DNA of 59,056 nt, filler included, from Squatina squatina (lineage: Eukaryota): assembly GCA_031763465.1 (NCBI GenBank). It is 3 parts of 3 records of this genome, joined end to end, with 100 filler letters (N's around TTAATTAATTAA, not from the genome) between each part and the next. Parts side by side here need not be neighbours in the genome. Positions count along the whole stretch, not along the records: positions 1 to 24,522 come from JARFOE010000194.1; 2 more parts are not named here. One strand, given 5' to 3'. Below are positions 1-13,620 of this stretch, one piece after another (within the stretch, counting starts at the first letter, position 1; every line of letters begins with the position of its first letter). A model generated the notes under the pieces. The model saw nothing but the letters and a program-made list of their open reading frames with translations, had not been told where the DNA came from and ran no database searches. Made by a program: the position numbers and the translations under genes.

Positions 1-1695
1 TTATGCTTAAAAGTGCTTGTTGGAGGTAGCCTAGCAGTAAATGTTTTACGTATGACCCTTTTGACGTGACATTGTAAAGTTCCAGTGACATTATGGGAAA
101 GTGGGATTATGGGCAGCACTCTCCGTTCATAATGTGTGCTCCCAGGCTATCACTAATGGTTTTAAAGCATCAACAAATAGTAACTTGGAGTCATTAATCA
201 GTATACAGATAACTCACTTCATAACAATTCAGTGCAGTACACCTCCATTTTAACTATGACGAAGAATTGGCTGAAGGGAATGAGTTAGTGGTAGCCATTG
301 CAGGGGAGAGATTGGTTTTCTTTATGTTAAGAAAGCATAAGTGTCCATACTGTTGTCACCTGATTCATATCATGGCTTCAAATATTTTTGCAATTTCACT
401 GCTATTAAGTGATTTTTTTCTGTATTGTGTAAAAAATGATGTCTGTCAGTTGTAAAAATGGCTATTCTATTCAAACAATTGGAAGCATGTTTGAAAGCTT
501 GTTCCCCATCAAAGTGTTGACTAACAATTGCTTTTCTAACCCACACTTTTGAAAGATGAAGCACACAGTTACAGATTTATTTTTTCTGTTTCCAAGCAAA
601 TAAATGTGTGACCATTTCAGCTCAGATGGTTGCTAACTTGTTTTATTCTTANNNNNNNNNNNNNNNNNNNNNNNNNNNNNNNNNNNNNNNNNNNNNNNNN
701 NNNNNNNNNNNNNNNNNNNNNNNNNNNNNNNNNNNNNNNNNNNNNNNNNNNCAGATTGAACCCCACCCACAACCCCCCCCACTGACCCCTGCAGCCCAGT
801 ACACAAAATATAGACCAAGCTCAAGGAAGAAAGCAAACATGAGCACATAGTATAGATCATACAATCTAAACTTACATAACAACAAAACGAAAATACATCA
901 GTAAAAGGACTGCCTCTGTGGTAAGTGTTAAGACTATGAATAAATGAATGACGCACCAAATAAACTGAAGTGAAAGCTTCCCAAATGTCATGTTTCTGCT
1001 TTGAGTTTCAGGATGCCTGGACCCCAAATTGCCACTTTCTTTGATCTTTCAACTAGATTTGTCTTAATGGAGTGACAGTCTATTTAGTTTAGCAGCAGGC
1101 TTGATAGAATTTGAAAACTGTAATAAAATTGTCATGAGGTACTTCTCTGGTTCCCATAGTGCACTGCTGTATACAAGACAGTGGATAAGTGGTTGGAATG
1201 GAGCTGTACAGGCAGCAAGGAAATCCAAAATGTGGCAAACTTATTTGGAAATCCTATATTTCAGTGTTCTGAGGAACTCAAAAGGAATTATTCAGTACAA
1301 CACATTTCACTGCATTGACTTCAAAAGGCTGTGAACACAGCTCCGGGACAGGCTTTGTCTCCTGCTTGTTAACCCAATTTAGAAAGATTTCTGGAGAGAA
1401 CAATCAAAGTAACACCTTGGATTATCAGCCTCGAGTATTTTCTGGCTAAGGACCTTGATATAGAAATTTCTTGGAAGTCTCAAGCTGTAAAATTGCCTCC
1501 TAGAGTGTGAAGTTAAAGTTCATCTAAACTACTATACTGAACAGATCTTATTTTACGACAAGAAAAGTTCATGCAATGTAGATTGCAATAAATGCTGAAA
1601 GTTCAAACAAATCATTGCTATATTAGCACACATCCTCTGAAACTCTCTAAGTTCATCTATTTAATTCTTCCAAGAAAATTGTGGGGGACTCTTCA

Positions 1696-1790
1696 TAGTG
1701 ACTACACTTCAAAAAGTATTGGCTGTAGACCGTTTTGGGATGTCTGCTGACCGTGAAAGGCGCTATATAAATGCAAGTCTTTCTTTTCTT
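1696..1790 (+). mobile_element. 3' tail fragment of SacSINE1/DeuSINE-like SINE
   Basis: gtgactacacttcaaaa...ttggctgtagaccgttttgggatgtc...gtgaaaggcgctatataaatgcaagtctttc resembles the 3' parts of the copies at 40691-41118 and 14575-14745. Confidence 0.75.
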
Positions 1791-4700
1791 TTTCTGATGT
1801 GAATTGGAACACAAGATGGCTGCCTTTCTATAGTAACAATTTTAATGGAACGTCCTTCTGTTCTTTTTACTGCTTGTCACTTGAATCGAGCAGCCACAAA
1901 GGCCATTAGTTTAGAATAAAGTGAGGCGGCATAGTAAGAGTATGGAAGCAGAGCAGCCTTTCTCCTGCTTTGTTACTAACACATCAGTTAATTACACAAC
2001 TAGACTGCAATAGAAAGAAACTTGGAGAATATCGGCAATATAGCTGCCACACATACCTCATATGACTATCACTATGGATTACAATCACTACATTTTCAGT
2101 AAATCTCTGCCATGATGAAAATGTGTTTGTTGTTTTGACAATACATTATATCTTACATAATTAGTACTTACAAAGTAATTTAACAGCACTAGTCAATGCC
2201 CTGATCCTCTCACTTGCATCCACTATAAAAGATGCAGAACAATTTTGACAAATGTTATTGCTAACCCAAGTTGACAGGCATGAGAAAAGCAGTGTGGCGA
2301 GTCTTCATGGCTACAAAGATTGCTCCATTAGTCTGAGCATGACTTAAGNNNNNNNNNNNNNNNNNNTCTTATTATTATAAATTATGACATAATGGGAATT
2401 TAACTATAAATTATGCATGGTAACCATTAAATTTCTTTCGTCCTTGGAGAGATGTATTGGACAACTTGTTTATCTCATTAAGACCAGGGTTCAAGTACAC
2501 TGAACAGTAATGATGAAGGCATTCAGTATAATGACATAATGTAATGTAACAATGCATAATACAACACAATAAAATGCATGTTGAAACATTAGCTCATCTA
2601 AAGACTATAAACTCAGCTAGGCAGGAGTAATTCTGCTTCAAATTATCGTACATCATTGATTTTTTTTTACTGTGGAAATACATTTCATTGTATTCAGAAC
2701 TAGTTTTTTTTTAGTTATTCCTTCAATAGCGGATGTAGGCTTCAACAGCAAAATGCAACCAGGAATGAAAAAATGAATTGTCTTCTACTGGGCAGGGTTT
2801 GGCCAACAGATTCAAATGCAGACTTCGAATAAATCTTAAGTTTCTTGACATGACATTTTTGTTTTTGTCAGCTGAGTTTTTGCAATACTTCAGGATGTTC
2901 AAAAGTCAGTATCTGCATAATGAGCCATTAAATCTGTAGAACCTTTACAAAAAGGATGCATTTCATTCAAAACAAAATCACTTGAAAAATACATTCCTTT
3001 CCAGCTCAGCTAAAAATACCCAGGAACTAAATAAATATTATGTGAAATTATTCTGCCTGCCTTACTAGCTCTGAAGGACTGAACTAAAGCCCTTTGTTTA
3101 CTTTTTTTCTTAAAATGACATGCAGCACCCACCCAGCCGACCCCGCCCATTTCATATATATCTCATGAATCTACCATTTTGAGAGCCTTTTCCCAACCTC
3201 ATCAGAAATGACAAAAGCTCCGATTTTTAATCAGGATAGTTCAGGTGTTGGGGAGGGATGGNNNNNNNNNNNNNNNNNNNNNNNNNNNNNNNNNNNNNNN
3301 NNNNNNNNNNNNNNNNNNNNNNNNNNNNNNNNNNNNNNNNNNNNNNNNNNNNNNNNNNNNNAATATGATCATGGCTGATCATCCAAATTCAGTACCCTGT
3401 TCCTGCTTTCTCCCCATATCCCTTGATCTCTTTAGCCCGAAGAACTATGTCTAACTCCCTCTTGAATATATTCAATGATTTGACCTATGGTCAATTGTAG
3501 AATGCTCAGTGTGCTGAATGACAAACAGCAGACAATTAAAGGGTATTTTTCTAAAATCACACTCCAGGATGAGGGTCTGTGTTGGGAGGACAATTTTGCA
3601 AAATTACTCTTTGGACAGTAAATTGTGGGGGTTTCGCACACATGAATTCCCGATACGTGCTACTAGCAAGCAAGGATATGCAATGGTAATGTAATTGTTC
3701 AAGTTACTCGGTAATCTTTGTCTTGATTCACATTTGACAATTATATCAATCGTACAATTATATCTCTTTATGGCAGCTTGCTATACAGTTATTCACAAAT
3801 GTTGCATTGCATTCTTCTAAAAAAAACAGAAACGAAAGATATCTTAGAAATATTAAACCTTGTTCCAGAAAGATAGCCTAACTATGTAGAGGAGTGATTT
3901 GGTTTACATGTTAAAAACATTACAAAATTATTCATGTGGATAGGCCATTTAATCATTATTTGGGTTGGTGTTTCAGAACAGCATAGACAGAGTCACAAAT
4001 TTCATATTCTATTCAGCAACTACCTTACACAAATTTTTAAACAACTAAATTCAAAACCTGTTTTATCCCCAATGAACCAGATGATAAAAATCGCTACTGT
4101 TTTGCAAAGTAATGCTATGAAAAGAAAATAGGAAATCTATGCGTATTTAAAAGTAATAAACAGATACAAATCTATACTGTTCTCTCAAGAAATTATGATA
4201 TTAATTTGCAACCTTTTAACATTTGAGAATTTCCAAAAAAATATTGAGCTATTGGAGGTCAAGCAATTTTGAAAGACTAAAACTGTATTCTCTATGTGAG
4301 GTACAGTGGTGATGTGTTTTTTAAGTAAAAACCCAATTTATTCATTTAATTAGACAAGAATGCCTGTTTGAATCTCTATCTAAAGGTTTGGATTGTTTTG
4401 GAATGAGTTTCACATTTAAAATTACCCTTTCCTTTTCATTGACCTTGAGAAGGAGTGGGTCGAAAAGTTTCAACAAAATATAATCAGTTGACATGATTTT
4501 CCATCATGTGGTTGGTTGAATAATCAAAGTGATGATTTAAAAAAAAAAGAAATTAAAGATAACACAATAAAACTACTGTAAGGAAGAGAAAGACTGGGTA
4601 GGTAGTAGATACATTTCCATCCTGCTTTATAGCTCCTTCATTTTTCAAAAACTCTTAATTGTAGGGAAATGCTTCTGCAGTTGTTTCCAAGTGCAGGTAT

Positions 4701-7700
4701 ATTTAAAATCTTACTCCTTTGAGTGTGGGAAGAAGAATGGCAGGGAATTGTAAAAGGGCTATCTCTCCAGGCCACACCACAGCAAACAAAAAGTATATAT
4801 GGCATAGTAAAGTGGCTGTCAGAATGCTTCTAGAGATCCCAGTGCATTTTTCACATAGATGTGACTACTGAATATGAAATTTAGAACAGATATTTTTTAG
4901 TGTCAGCTAAATGTTTTCCACAGGGATGTTGTGTTCGTACCATACCTATTGTAGTGAATCATCAGCAAACAACATTAGCATTTAGAGACTGCTGAGAAAA
5001 TATACTGTGTTGTTCAGCAAACAATATCTTCTTGCAATATGGAGCTGCAAAAGCACAGTGTTCCACAGCTGTACGTACTGTAAGTGTCATTAAAACAAAT
5101 GTTCCAATAGTGCAAAGCTCCAAGTACAAATTTGCATTTAATGAACATAAGAATTGGTTTTAGAAAATCATTATGGATCTGTGTGAGCCTGAGCAAATGG
5201 AGAGATTTTTCTTTCGATTTTTCTCTGGGAAGGTCTGGTAACTATTACTGGNNNNNNNNNNNNNNNNNNNNNNNNNNNNNNNNNNNNNNNNNNNNNNNNN
5301 NNNNNNNNNNNNNNNNNNNNNNNNNNNNNNNNNNNNNNNNNNNNNNNNNNNCAGATTTAATCACTGAAGGTACAATATCATATGGTATCATGCCATTTAT
5401 TACATAGGCATCAGTAATAATCACAATATCCTCTGACATGATTCATTACAGCGGTAAATTGAAAGTTATTCCTTAATAATTTCCTGTATGTGCCAAGTTG
5501 TGGAATTAATATTCTTAAACAGAATGGGAACTGTGACAAACTATAGATTGTGAAGAATATCATTGTAATAGTATTGTACTGCCATATACCATTCACGCGA
5601 TAACTTCATAACTATTTTTCAATTTGTGAGAGACCAATAACCAATAATTATGGCGGATGAAAATGAAAGTCCTGTTGGTGAATAAAANNNNNNNNNNTAA
5701 CTTTCAACACTAAATTTCAAAATAATGGTGATGCTAGAACTCAGATGGATGAACCAATCAACCAAATTCCTAACGTTTTCCATCAGCCTGCACTCTGTCC
5801 CAACTGGTTTTCCAGTTGGCTTCTCACTCTCTCAGTTTTAGTCCACTACACTTAATCCGCCACAATTAATTTTTCCCCCGTCATGATGATTTGCCATTCA
5901 GATATATTACGCGGTTTTATCAGAGGCCAGTTATTCCAAGTCTTTCTACACTGTTGAGTGAGAAATAGCTGCAAATATGGCAGTACTGTGGGTGAATTTG
6001 TAAGAGGGTGTGACCCTAAAATGCAGCTGTCATCCACAATTTGTGGATTTGGAAATATACCAAAAAGTACAATTTGCAGAGCTGTACTCTGCAGAATTTG
6101 ATTGTTTTAGCAAAAATGTGGAAAATCCATATGACTTTTAAATCTATTCTTCAATATTGAGTGTATATGGAGACTATTTAGTGACAATTCCTTCAACTAG
6201 GTTATTGTTTACTTATATGTAGGCAGTGGAAGTATCTACTGTTCCATTTTTCTAACATACATATCATTACAAAAACTAACTGACACTTATGGACCTACAT
6301 TTAGTTCAATTGTATGCCCTTTGTACCAGGGTTTTTATAACAAACTGTGACTCATTGTTTCTGCCCAGATATGTTTCACAAAAGTGCCTCATCAGATCAG
6401 TGTGGACAAAGTCAGCTATTCACAAACGAACCACACAGAATCATGCTAAAACCAGTATTGTTGCCTTAACATAAGTGTGAATGCATCGAGTGTGGCCATT
6501 GTTTATCGTTCGAGCAAAACAGAATGGCTTATTGTTGCATGAAAAAGAAACATTTTACATTCATTCCCTGGATTGGTGATTCTGAATACCAACAGATTTG
6601 TTGAAAGCTAAGAACTGCACCATTTTTGCATTAGACTCACCAATATGTTATAAGAAATNNNNNNNNNNNNNNNNNNNNNNNNNNNNNNNNNNNNNNNNNN
6701 NNNNNNNNNNNNNNNNNNNNNNNNNNNNNNNNNNNNNNNNNNNNNNNNNNNNNNNNNNATGCAAGGTATTTGAAAATATGTTTTGAGTTGAGCTTGTTTT
6801 AAAGTGGCTGGTTTCTAAGGACGACCTAATCAGGTTGTGAATCTAAAGTCAGATGAAAAATGATTGGTATAGTAATCAGAAGTTATTTTCCACAGAGCCC
6901 AAAGAATGAGAAATTTGGTGGCTTAACTTCATAAGAAATAAATACTTTGCACTGTAGTACATTCTGTGTCTCATCATGGCATGTATAATGTCATTCTCAT
7001 TATCCTGCTGTTTTCACTTTTACCTTACCTACGACATCCTTGGTAACATTTCTATTTTACATGTATCTTTAACAACTACTACTTTTTCATGTTCATGTGT
7101 CCTTTGCTGCGACTTTGCACTGATTCATGTTTTTACATTGTACTTTTATTTAAATCATCGCAACTTCTTCCAGAACTTTTGCCAGATCTTCTGAATGGTT
7201 GACACCAAATCCCTGTCTCTCCAAGACTTTGCTGGTGATGCAGGCCTCGGCTGCAGGGGGTATGGATCAGGAAATGGACTGTGCAACTGATTCATTGGGT
7301 GCCTGTCTTTTCAACGGGTGAGTTGGGGGTGTAAATATGCTCTACCAGCACGTACGGCCTCATTTCAATGCTGGAAAAACCCGTGAAAGGAGCACAGCAC
7401 TAGCCTCACTCATAAAACTTTTGCCACGTAGCCCTCTTTTTTTTTCATTTTTGTGTATTTTCTTCTGGCAAAACATTTTATGCTCCAACAAACATCTGTG
7501 TAAAGACATTTTTNNNNNNNNNNNNNNNNNNNNNNNNNNNNNNNNNNNNNNNNNNNNNNNNNNNNNNNNNNNNNNNNNNNNNNNNNNNNNNNNNNNNNNN
7601 NNNNNNNNNNNNNCCCCAAACCTTCTGTGGTGCATCATTCGTGGGGGTTGGTCTGGGATTCGAACTCCACACCTATCAATGATGTCATCTAAAAGAGGTA

Positions 7701-8580
7701 AGAGTCATTCACATCAAAAATGTCCCAAGCTTGACACCTGGCCTATCCTGAGTGAGCTGCCCTCTGCTGGGGGAGCAATTGAAATGGTGCTCCCGGATTA
7801 GAGAGCGGAGGATCAGGAGGTTTGCTGCTCCTAAGTATTATCCAGTGACCAATGTTCCCTCTAATTTATTTATTCCGTGCGTGGTCCCTTTAAATTTGCC
7901 CCTTCAGTGAAACGGCATCAACGGCTAAAAACAGCCAATCTCGACATTTCTCCAGGATTTCCGCTGACGTTATGGCAGGTGAGTGAGAGATCGCCCCTGC
8001 CCCCGCCCCCCTACACCCGCGGAAATTACCCCCATGTCTAAAGGGGAAAGGGCCAGGAGGAAAGATTACAGATGGGGAAGATCCAAAGGGAGGGCAGTCC
8101 AGGGGAAGAGTCTCACTGAAGCGCGGAGTTTCTCAAGTAGTGCAGATAAACTGAAGCCAGAAAAAAATATGAAAATAAATCAAAACATTAGAACCAGAGG
8201 ATATAAACGTAATGAAAAATAAATTTAAAACAGATATTGGGAAAGACTTCTTCACTCAAAGCGGAAAGTGTGAGTCAGTTGGCTAGAAGGCACTTTACAT
8301 AGTTTGATCTGGGTGGGGCGCTGATTGCTCACTATTTGCTGAGTAGGCATTAGTAGTAATCAACAACATATCTATTTGTTGAGACCTATTTCTTCAGCTG
8401 GGTTTCATTGACACCACTGTGGTGTCAATTTGCTTAGTCTCACCGCACAGGAAGTGGGAGGACAATACACACTTAACACTTTGTCTAACATGTATAATTT
8501 GGTACAGTGACTTGGAGAGAAATTCAACTTCTCTGCAATGTGTAATTTGATCCAGTCATCATCAGGCAGGCTGCAGATTT

Positions 8581-8893
8581 CAGATAAGGCACAGTGCTAA
8601 CACTACCAAGTTCAGAGAACGCACAGCGCTAACACCACCGAGAGCAGAGAACACATAGCGCTAATAGTACCCATTTCAGAGAATGCAGAGCGCTAATGCT
8701 TCCAAGTTCAGAAACACGCAGCACTAACACTCTGGAGTTCTGAGAACGCACAGTGCGAACACTTCTGAGGTCAGAGAACGCACAGCACTAATACTACTGA
8801 CTTCAGAGAGCGCACAGCGCTAACACTCTGGAGTTCAGGGAACGCACAGAGCTAACCGTACTGAAGTCCAAGAACGCACAGCGCGAACACCAC
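8581..8893. repeat. Diverged minisatellite, ~32-bp unit x ~10
   Basis: Units start at 8581, 8613, 8645, 8677, 8709, 8740, 8772, 8804, 8836 and ~8869; consensus approximately cagagaacgcacagcgctaacactnnngagtt. Confidence 0.93.
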
Positions 8894-8992
8894 AGCAACT
8901 CAACAAGGCTTCTTTGATAGCACCTCCCAAACCTGTGACCTCTACCACCTAGTCCTAGAAGAACAAGGGCAGTAAGCGCACGGGAACACCAC
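8894..8992 (+). mobile_element. LINE (CR1/L2 clade) 3'-region fragment
   Basis: cagcaactcaacaaggcttctttgatagcacctcccaaacc...gggaacaccac resembles a recalled common shark LINE segment. Confidence 0.55.
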
Positions 8993-9674
8993 ATAGGAAA
9001 CCATCCCAAGGTGTTTCACAGGAGTGTAACCAGACAATAAAATCGACAGGTGAACATTGTTATTCCACTCAAAGCTGGTTCCTCATTTGCTCTATCCATA
9101 ATTTTGTTTGGCCACCACACAGAGTCGTCATTACTGTCAGCAATGTTACTATATAAATGCTTAATACGCTCATGTCAAATTCTTTTCTCTTGCCATTTTC
9201 ACAAACACATCACCCATTTCAAATAAAGAGGATAACATTTCTATTAAAATAGCCAAGAGAAGAATTTGATACAAATGTGTCAAGACTTTGTACAATAACA
9301 TCACTCACAATCATTACGGCTGTCGTATTTTCATAGAACAATTAAGGTCTTTGACTTTTTTTAATACTATGAATAATAAATGATGGCAACCTGTAACAAC
9401 CTCGAATTTTACAACAAAATCTGAAGAAAAGAAAATCAAACTGGAAATACAAGGGAACCCAGATTCATTTCAAATTATTCCTCAGGTAAGTAACAGCAAT
9501 ACTGTCAGATTAATGAGGAGCAAGTGGATCTGAAATGTCTCCCTCCTGCACCTGTCTCATTTCAAGACCTTTCAAGATGTCTCATCTTATTTATTTTCAA
9601 GTCAGCCTTGTTTTCTTCTCCACAAAGGCAATCTGTACAAAAATAGGAGCTTTTTTTATTTTGCTCTATAGCGG

Positions 9675-9706
<32 letters not shown>
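9675..9706. repeat. (GT)n-(AT)n microsatellite
   Basis: Short GT run followed directly by an AT run. Confidence 0.9.
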
Positions 9707-10879
9707 TTCTTTGTTGATCCAGTTTAGACAATGTTATTTGGTCAAGTATTTGAACACCTTTGGCTATATTAAAGTGAACAGATCGTGTGCTAAAGGAACA
9801 GTTCCATTTTGGCTTGCTTGCTCAGACAAAAAAACTACAAGATGCTACACTCCTACTCGGCTCTTTGAAGAATCGTAAATAAGGATCTGTACCCGGTAAC
9901 TTCAATAAAGGAAAATACATTTCATATGGTGCCAGGAATAATTCATAAATCTGCCATTTTGCTGGTGGTCTGTCACAAGGAAATGTCACAATGGCTGAAA
10001 CCCAATCCTCAGTGAGTTATGTATCTGCAATATGCTGGGCATGATGATATCTTGCAAACTGCCAATCTACAAAACTCAGAAAATCTGATGACGGTTTCAA
10101 ACAAACTGACATAGCCCCAAAAAAGCTGACAGCTCTATTAAAACATACAACTGCAAAACAGCCCCGAATAAACCTGTGACCAAGGCCAATTTGTTAACAT
10201 GCTTTAAATTCATTTTTGTTGCATTGAATTTCAAAGAAAAGAAAGAAAGGAATTTTATTAGTGTTTGGGATTAAGTACCACAATTCAGTTTGTTTTTCAG
10301 TGAAAACTGAAACCTAGTGACATATGAAAAACAATGGGAGTACAAGTGAACTTGTCACTATTTAAGGTGCAGGTATACCCATTGTTCCATCAATTGTATT
10401 ACAAGGGGAAAAAGACACTAAAGTGCAATTCTCCTGTGGTTTTAGACATTTATGAAGAGGGATGTGGCCACTGGAGGTACAAAATTTATTTCCCAGGGCA
10501 CGTGGTAGCATGGCATTCTAGAAAATGTTGATGTTTGCCATTTTTTACACATATTCCAGCATTCTGTGATTGAAGTCAAAAATGATCCTAAGTGGAATGC
10601 ATTAGATCCCCAGTTGAGTCTGTCAACAATATAGTGTCATCTACTAAAAGGAGCACATTTCAGAAATGCCCAAACCTGGCATTCCAGGAGCATCCTTGAC
10701 ATTCCCATTGATGAAGATATCAAACAGGATGAGTGACACCAGATAACCTTCACACTCCTCTTTTGAGAGAGATGACTTCAGTGACTTTCTGATCTACCCT
10801 TACACAGACCTTCGAGCTAGAGCATACTCCCAGATAAAATTCGCAGTTCGACCAAGGACTTCCACATAAAGAGTGCATT

Positions 10880-11150
10880 CAACCCATGTGTCTGTGCCTG
10901 CTCTTTGTTAGAAACCCACTTCCCCGCTCTCTTCCCATAATCCGATATCTTCCTCTGTATCAAATAGTTATTCAATTTTCCCATAAAAGGTGCAATGCAT
11001 CAACTACACCTAATCCATGCTCCAACAATCCTCTGCGTAAAGAATTATCTCCTAACCTCTCTCCTCATTCTCTCAGTGACAATTTTAAATTGACAACCCC
11101 TCGTCATTGACTCCCCAACCAATAGAAATAGTCCTTTCCTATTCACTCTA
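10880..11150 (-). mobile_element. Degraded CR1 LINE 3' fragment
   Basis: Similar to the reverse-strand CR1 3' regions at 25895-26250 and 30042-30320 (tctgcgtaaagaa...aattttaaattga...cccctcgtcattgactc). Confidence 0.6.
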
Positions 11151-11922
11151 ATAGGTTTGGCGTGACAACTTGAAGAACCAACTTAATAGCCATTGTTATT
11201 AGTGGATCTCCACACATGTGCACAGCTGACTTTCATTATGGGACGAGTTAAACCAAAATACCTTGAGGTCAGCAACCCTAATTGATGAGGCCTGCCACTG
11301 ACACACCTTCAGAAATGTTGGCCTACCTCTTCAGTTCCTATCTTTTTGAGTAATGATGGTGAATGTACTGCTGGCCTGGCATCACTTTAGGCATTGATAA
11401 ATTATTGTTCTTCTAACTTGTTTTTTTTCCAAAGTGAAAACTTTATCAACTAATGACAGTAAAATTTGAGCAAAAGCACATGTTAATTTCATTTCTGCAT
11501 TTAACAATCTACAGGATGTTGCTACCTCTAATGAGTTTAATAATGTTGGGAACTGAGTGGACTGTAGAGAAACGTATCCACATTTCTTCAAACACAGAGT
11601 AGGTGGAATGTAACAGATTCCCAGTTTTACAGAGTATAAAAAAATGCTCACGGCCACCAATGTGCTATTATCAGTAATTTATCTCATCAAGCCAATGTTT
11701 GAGTTGAGGGTAATTTGCTGCTGAGCAGCAAACAAAAAGACACCACAGATTACACAACATAGGCGGAGGCTCCAGTGAGCTGCTGATAGCAGTCTGTATT
11801 CAGCTGACGAAACTCAAAAGAAGAGGTCTTGTACTAACAGCTTTTTAACTTGTGTTGAATTTTATTGTGTGGTCAAGGGCACCTCGCTGAATGCTGGATT
11901 AGTTTGGAACATTAAACATAGC

Positions 11923-12130
11923 TTGGAGGGCTTTTCTTTTTTTTAAAATAAAAAGGAAATGGAATAATTTGCAGTGNNNNNNNNNNNNNNNNNNNNNNNN
12001 NNNNNNNNNNNNNNNNNNNNNNNNNNNNNNNNNNNNNNNNNNNNNNNNNNNNNNNNNNNNNNNNNNNNNNNNNNNNTTGGAGGGCTTTTCTTTTTTTTAA
12101 AATAAAAAGGAAATGGAATAATTTGCAGTG
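11923..12130. other. Identical 54-bp sequence on both sides of a 100-N gap (unmerged contig overlap)
   Basis: 11923-11976 is identical to 12077-12130 (ttggagggcttttc...aatttgcagtg). Confidence 0.9.
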
Positions 12131-12563
12131 CTTATTGTCAGAGAAGTTAATCCCTTCACCTCAGTTCTTTCTGACTTCCCTCCACTTTCTCTGTCTTCAT
12201 TGTTTTGTAATCCGTGTGTACAGAAGTCAGAAAAGTGAATAACATTTCAAGAAAGCCGAGAAAAATGTTGTTTTATTATCTTCACTGGAGGAGGCATATG
12301 CCTCAGAATAGAAGCAATGGCTGCCTAGAGCTGACTGCCTAGAGCTGACTATTGTACAGAGAATAATGGAAGGGTAAATTGTACCTGTCGTTAAAAGCTG
12401 TTAAGAATGTGTGAAGCTGAGGTGTTTATACATTTGGTAACTGATGATTCTCAGAATCTGTCAACAGAAGCATTTTTTTTAAAGCCTCTGATTGAGTAGC
12501 CTCCTTCGTACCCTTGTTGCTAAGGGTAGCTTGAGTATTAGTTGAATACACTAAAATGTTAAA

Positions 12564-12641
12564 ATGACAAATCTAAAGACACTTTATCTGAATGCACGAA
12601 GCATTCACAGTAAGGTAGACAAATTAACAGTGCAAATAGAT
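12564..12641 (+). mobile_element. CR1 LINE ORF2 APE-endonuclease N-terminal fragment, truncated by gap
   Basis: Translates as TNLKTLYLNARSIHSKVDKLTVQID, matching the LYxNARSIxxKxDEL start motif of CR1 endonucleases. Confidence 0.75.
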
Positions 12642-13276
12642 NNNNNNNNNNNNNNNNNNNNNNNNNNNNNNNNNNNNNNNNNNNNNNNNNNNNNNNNNNN
12701 NNNNNNNNNNNNNNNNNNNNNNNNNNNNNNNNNNNNNNNNNCATTTCACTTAACCAGCGGGTGTTTGCAGAACATTTTAAGTGAGACACGATATGGCTCC
12801 AGATAATATGGAATCAATATGTACATCTGGTTTGAGATGTGACTATATAAATAACGAAAGCTGGATTCATGAGGGACAGGATAAGCTATTACATTCTGCA
12901 AAAGAAAAAATGGACTGTAGTTTATTGTACTTTATTCAATTAGTCTGAAAATCTTAATCCTTTGAGAACTGAGCACTCTATTAATTTATTTATTCTAATC
13001 CTTTCTCATAATTTATTATAAGCAGGTCAGGAACATTGCCTGTTTGAAATTCAATGAACCAATTATGCCTGTAGATAAATAATTGCATGAAGCAGACAGA
13101 CTTTTTAGTCAGCATCCCTCTGGTAGACAGCAGTTTAAAACTACAACTGGCAAACAATTCAATTCCCCAACAATATGCTTCAAGACGGGCAAAACACAAG
13201 CATCCACTTCTATCAACAAGAAGAATCTTGGCATTTACTGCTGGCACTAGCCACAGTCAGGCAGTGTTTGACTCAC

Positions 13277-13404
13277 TTTCTCGTAATGTGAAGGTCACGG
13301 ATTCCTTTCTTACGAGACAGGTGAATATTCCATAGTCATCCTCGTCGGTCACATTGACAATCAGAAGGCTGGAGAGAAACTTCTCCGAAGCATTATTGTT
13401 AAAC
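13277..13404 (-). CDS. SIGIRR: Internal exon encoding the C-terminal half of an Ig domain, SIGIRR (IL1R8)-like
   Basis: 128-bp exon with acceptor ccttgttcgtcag|G and donor AAA|gtgagt, phase 2 to 1. Encodes (x)FNNNASEKFLSSLLIVNVTDEDDYGIFTCLVRKESVTFTLRE, which aligns with recalled human [50 protein letters not shown] and has the DxGxxxC F-strand motif. Confidence 0.72.
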
Positions 13405-13620
13405 CTGACGAACAAGGATGGAAGGGATTCAATGACATTATCTAACAATGCAGAGTCCAATATCAGTCATGCACCTCGTCTCCTCATCCCCAGGAGCACA
13501 GCCTCGTTTGACCCACTACAACAGAGTCATATCCTGCCTCCAGGGTTACCACATGATAACTGCTCTCCTTCCATGTTCCCACATCATCCACATGTAGAAT
13601 GACTTAGTTTTGTGCTAGCC

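Noticed and set aside
5640-5870. Inverted pair aattatggcggat / atccgccacaatt as element termini
   Set aside because: Only 12 of 13 bp match, the pair spans a small gap, and there is no TSD; too weak to call.
8581-8893. CRISPR-like repeat-spacer array
   Set aside because: The variable parts are only ~10 bp and homologous to one another, the repeats are degenerate, no cas genes are present, and the context is vertebrate.
9380-9491. Exon ending at the perfect donor CAG|gtaagt (9485/9486)
   Set aside because: All three frames hit stops within ~105 bp upstream, and there is no convincing acceptor or recognisable peptide.
11923-12130. 54-bp direct repeat as LTR or target-site duplication
   Set aside because: Both copies touch the gap edges exactly, which is best explained as an assembly overlap.
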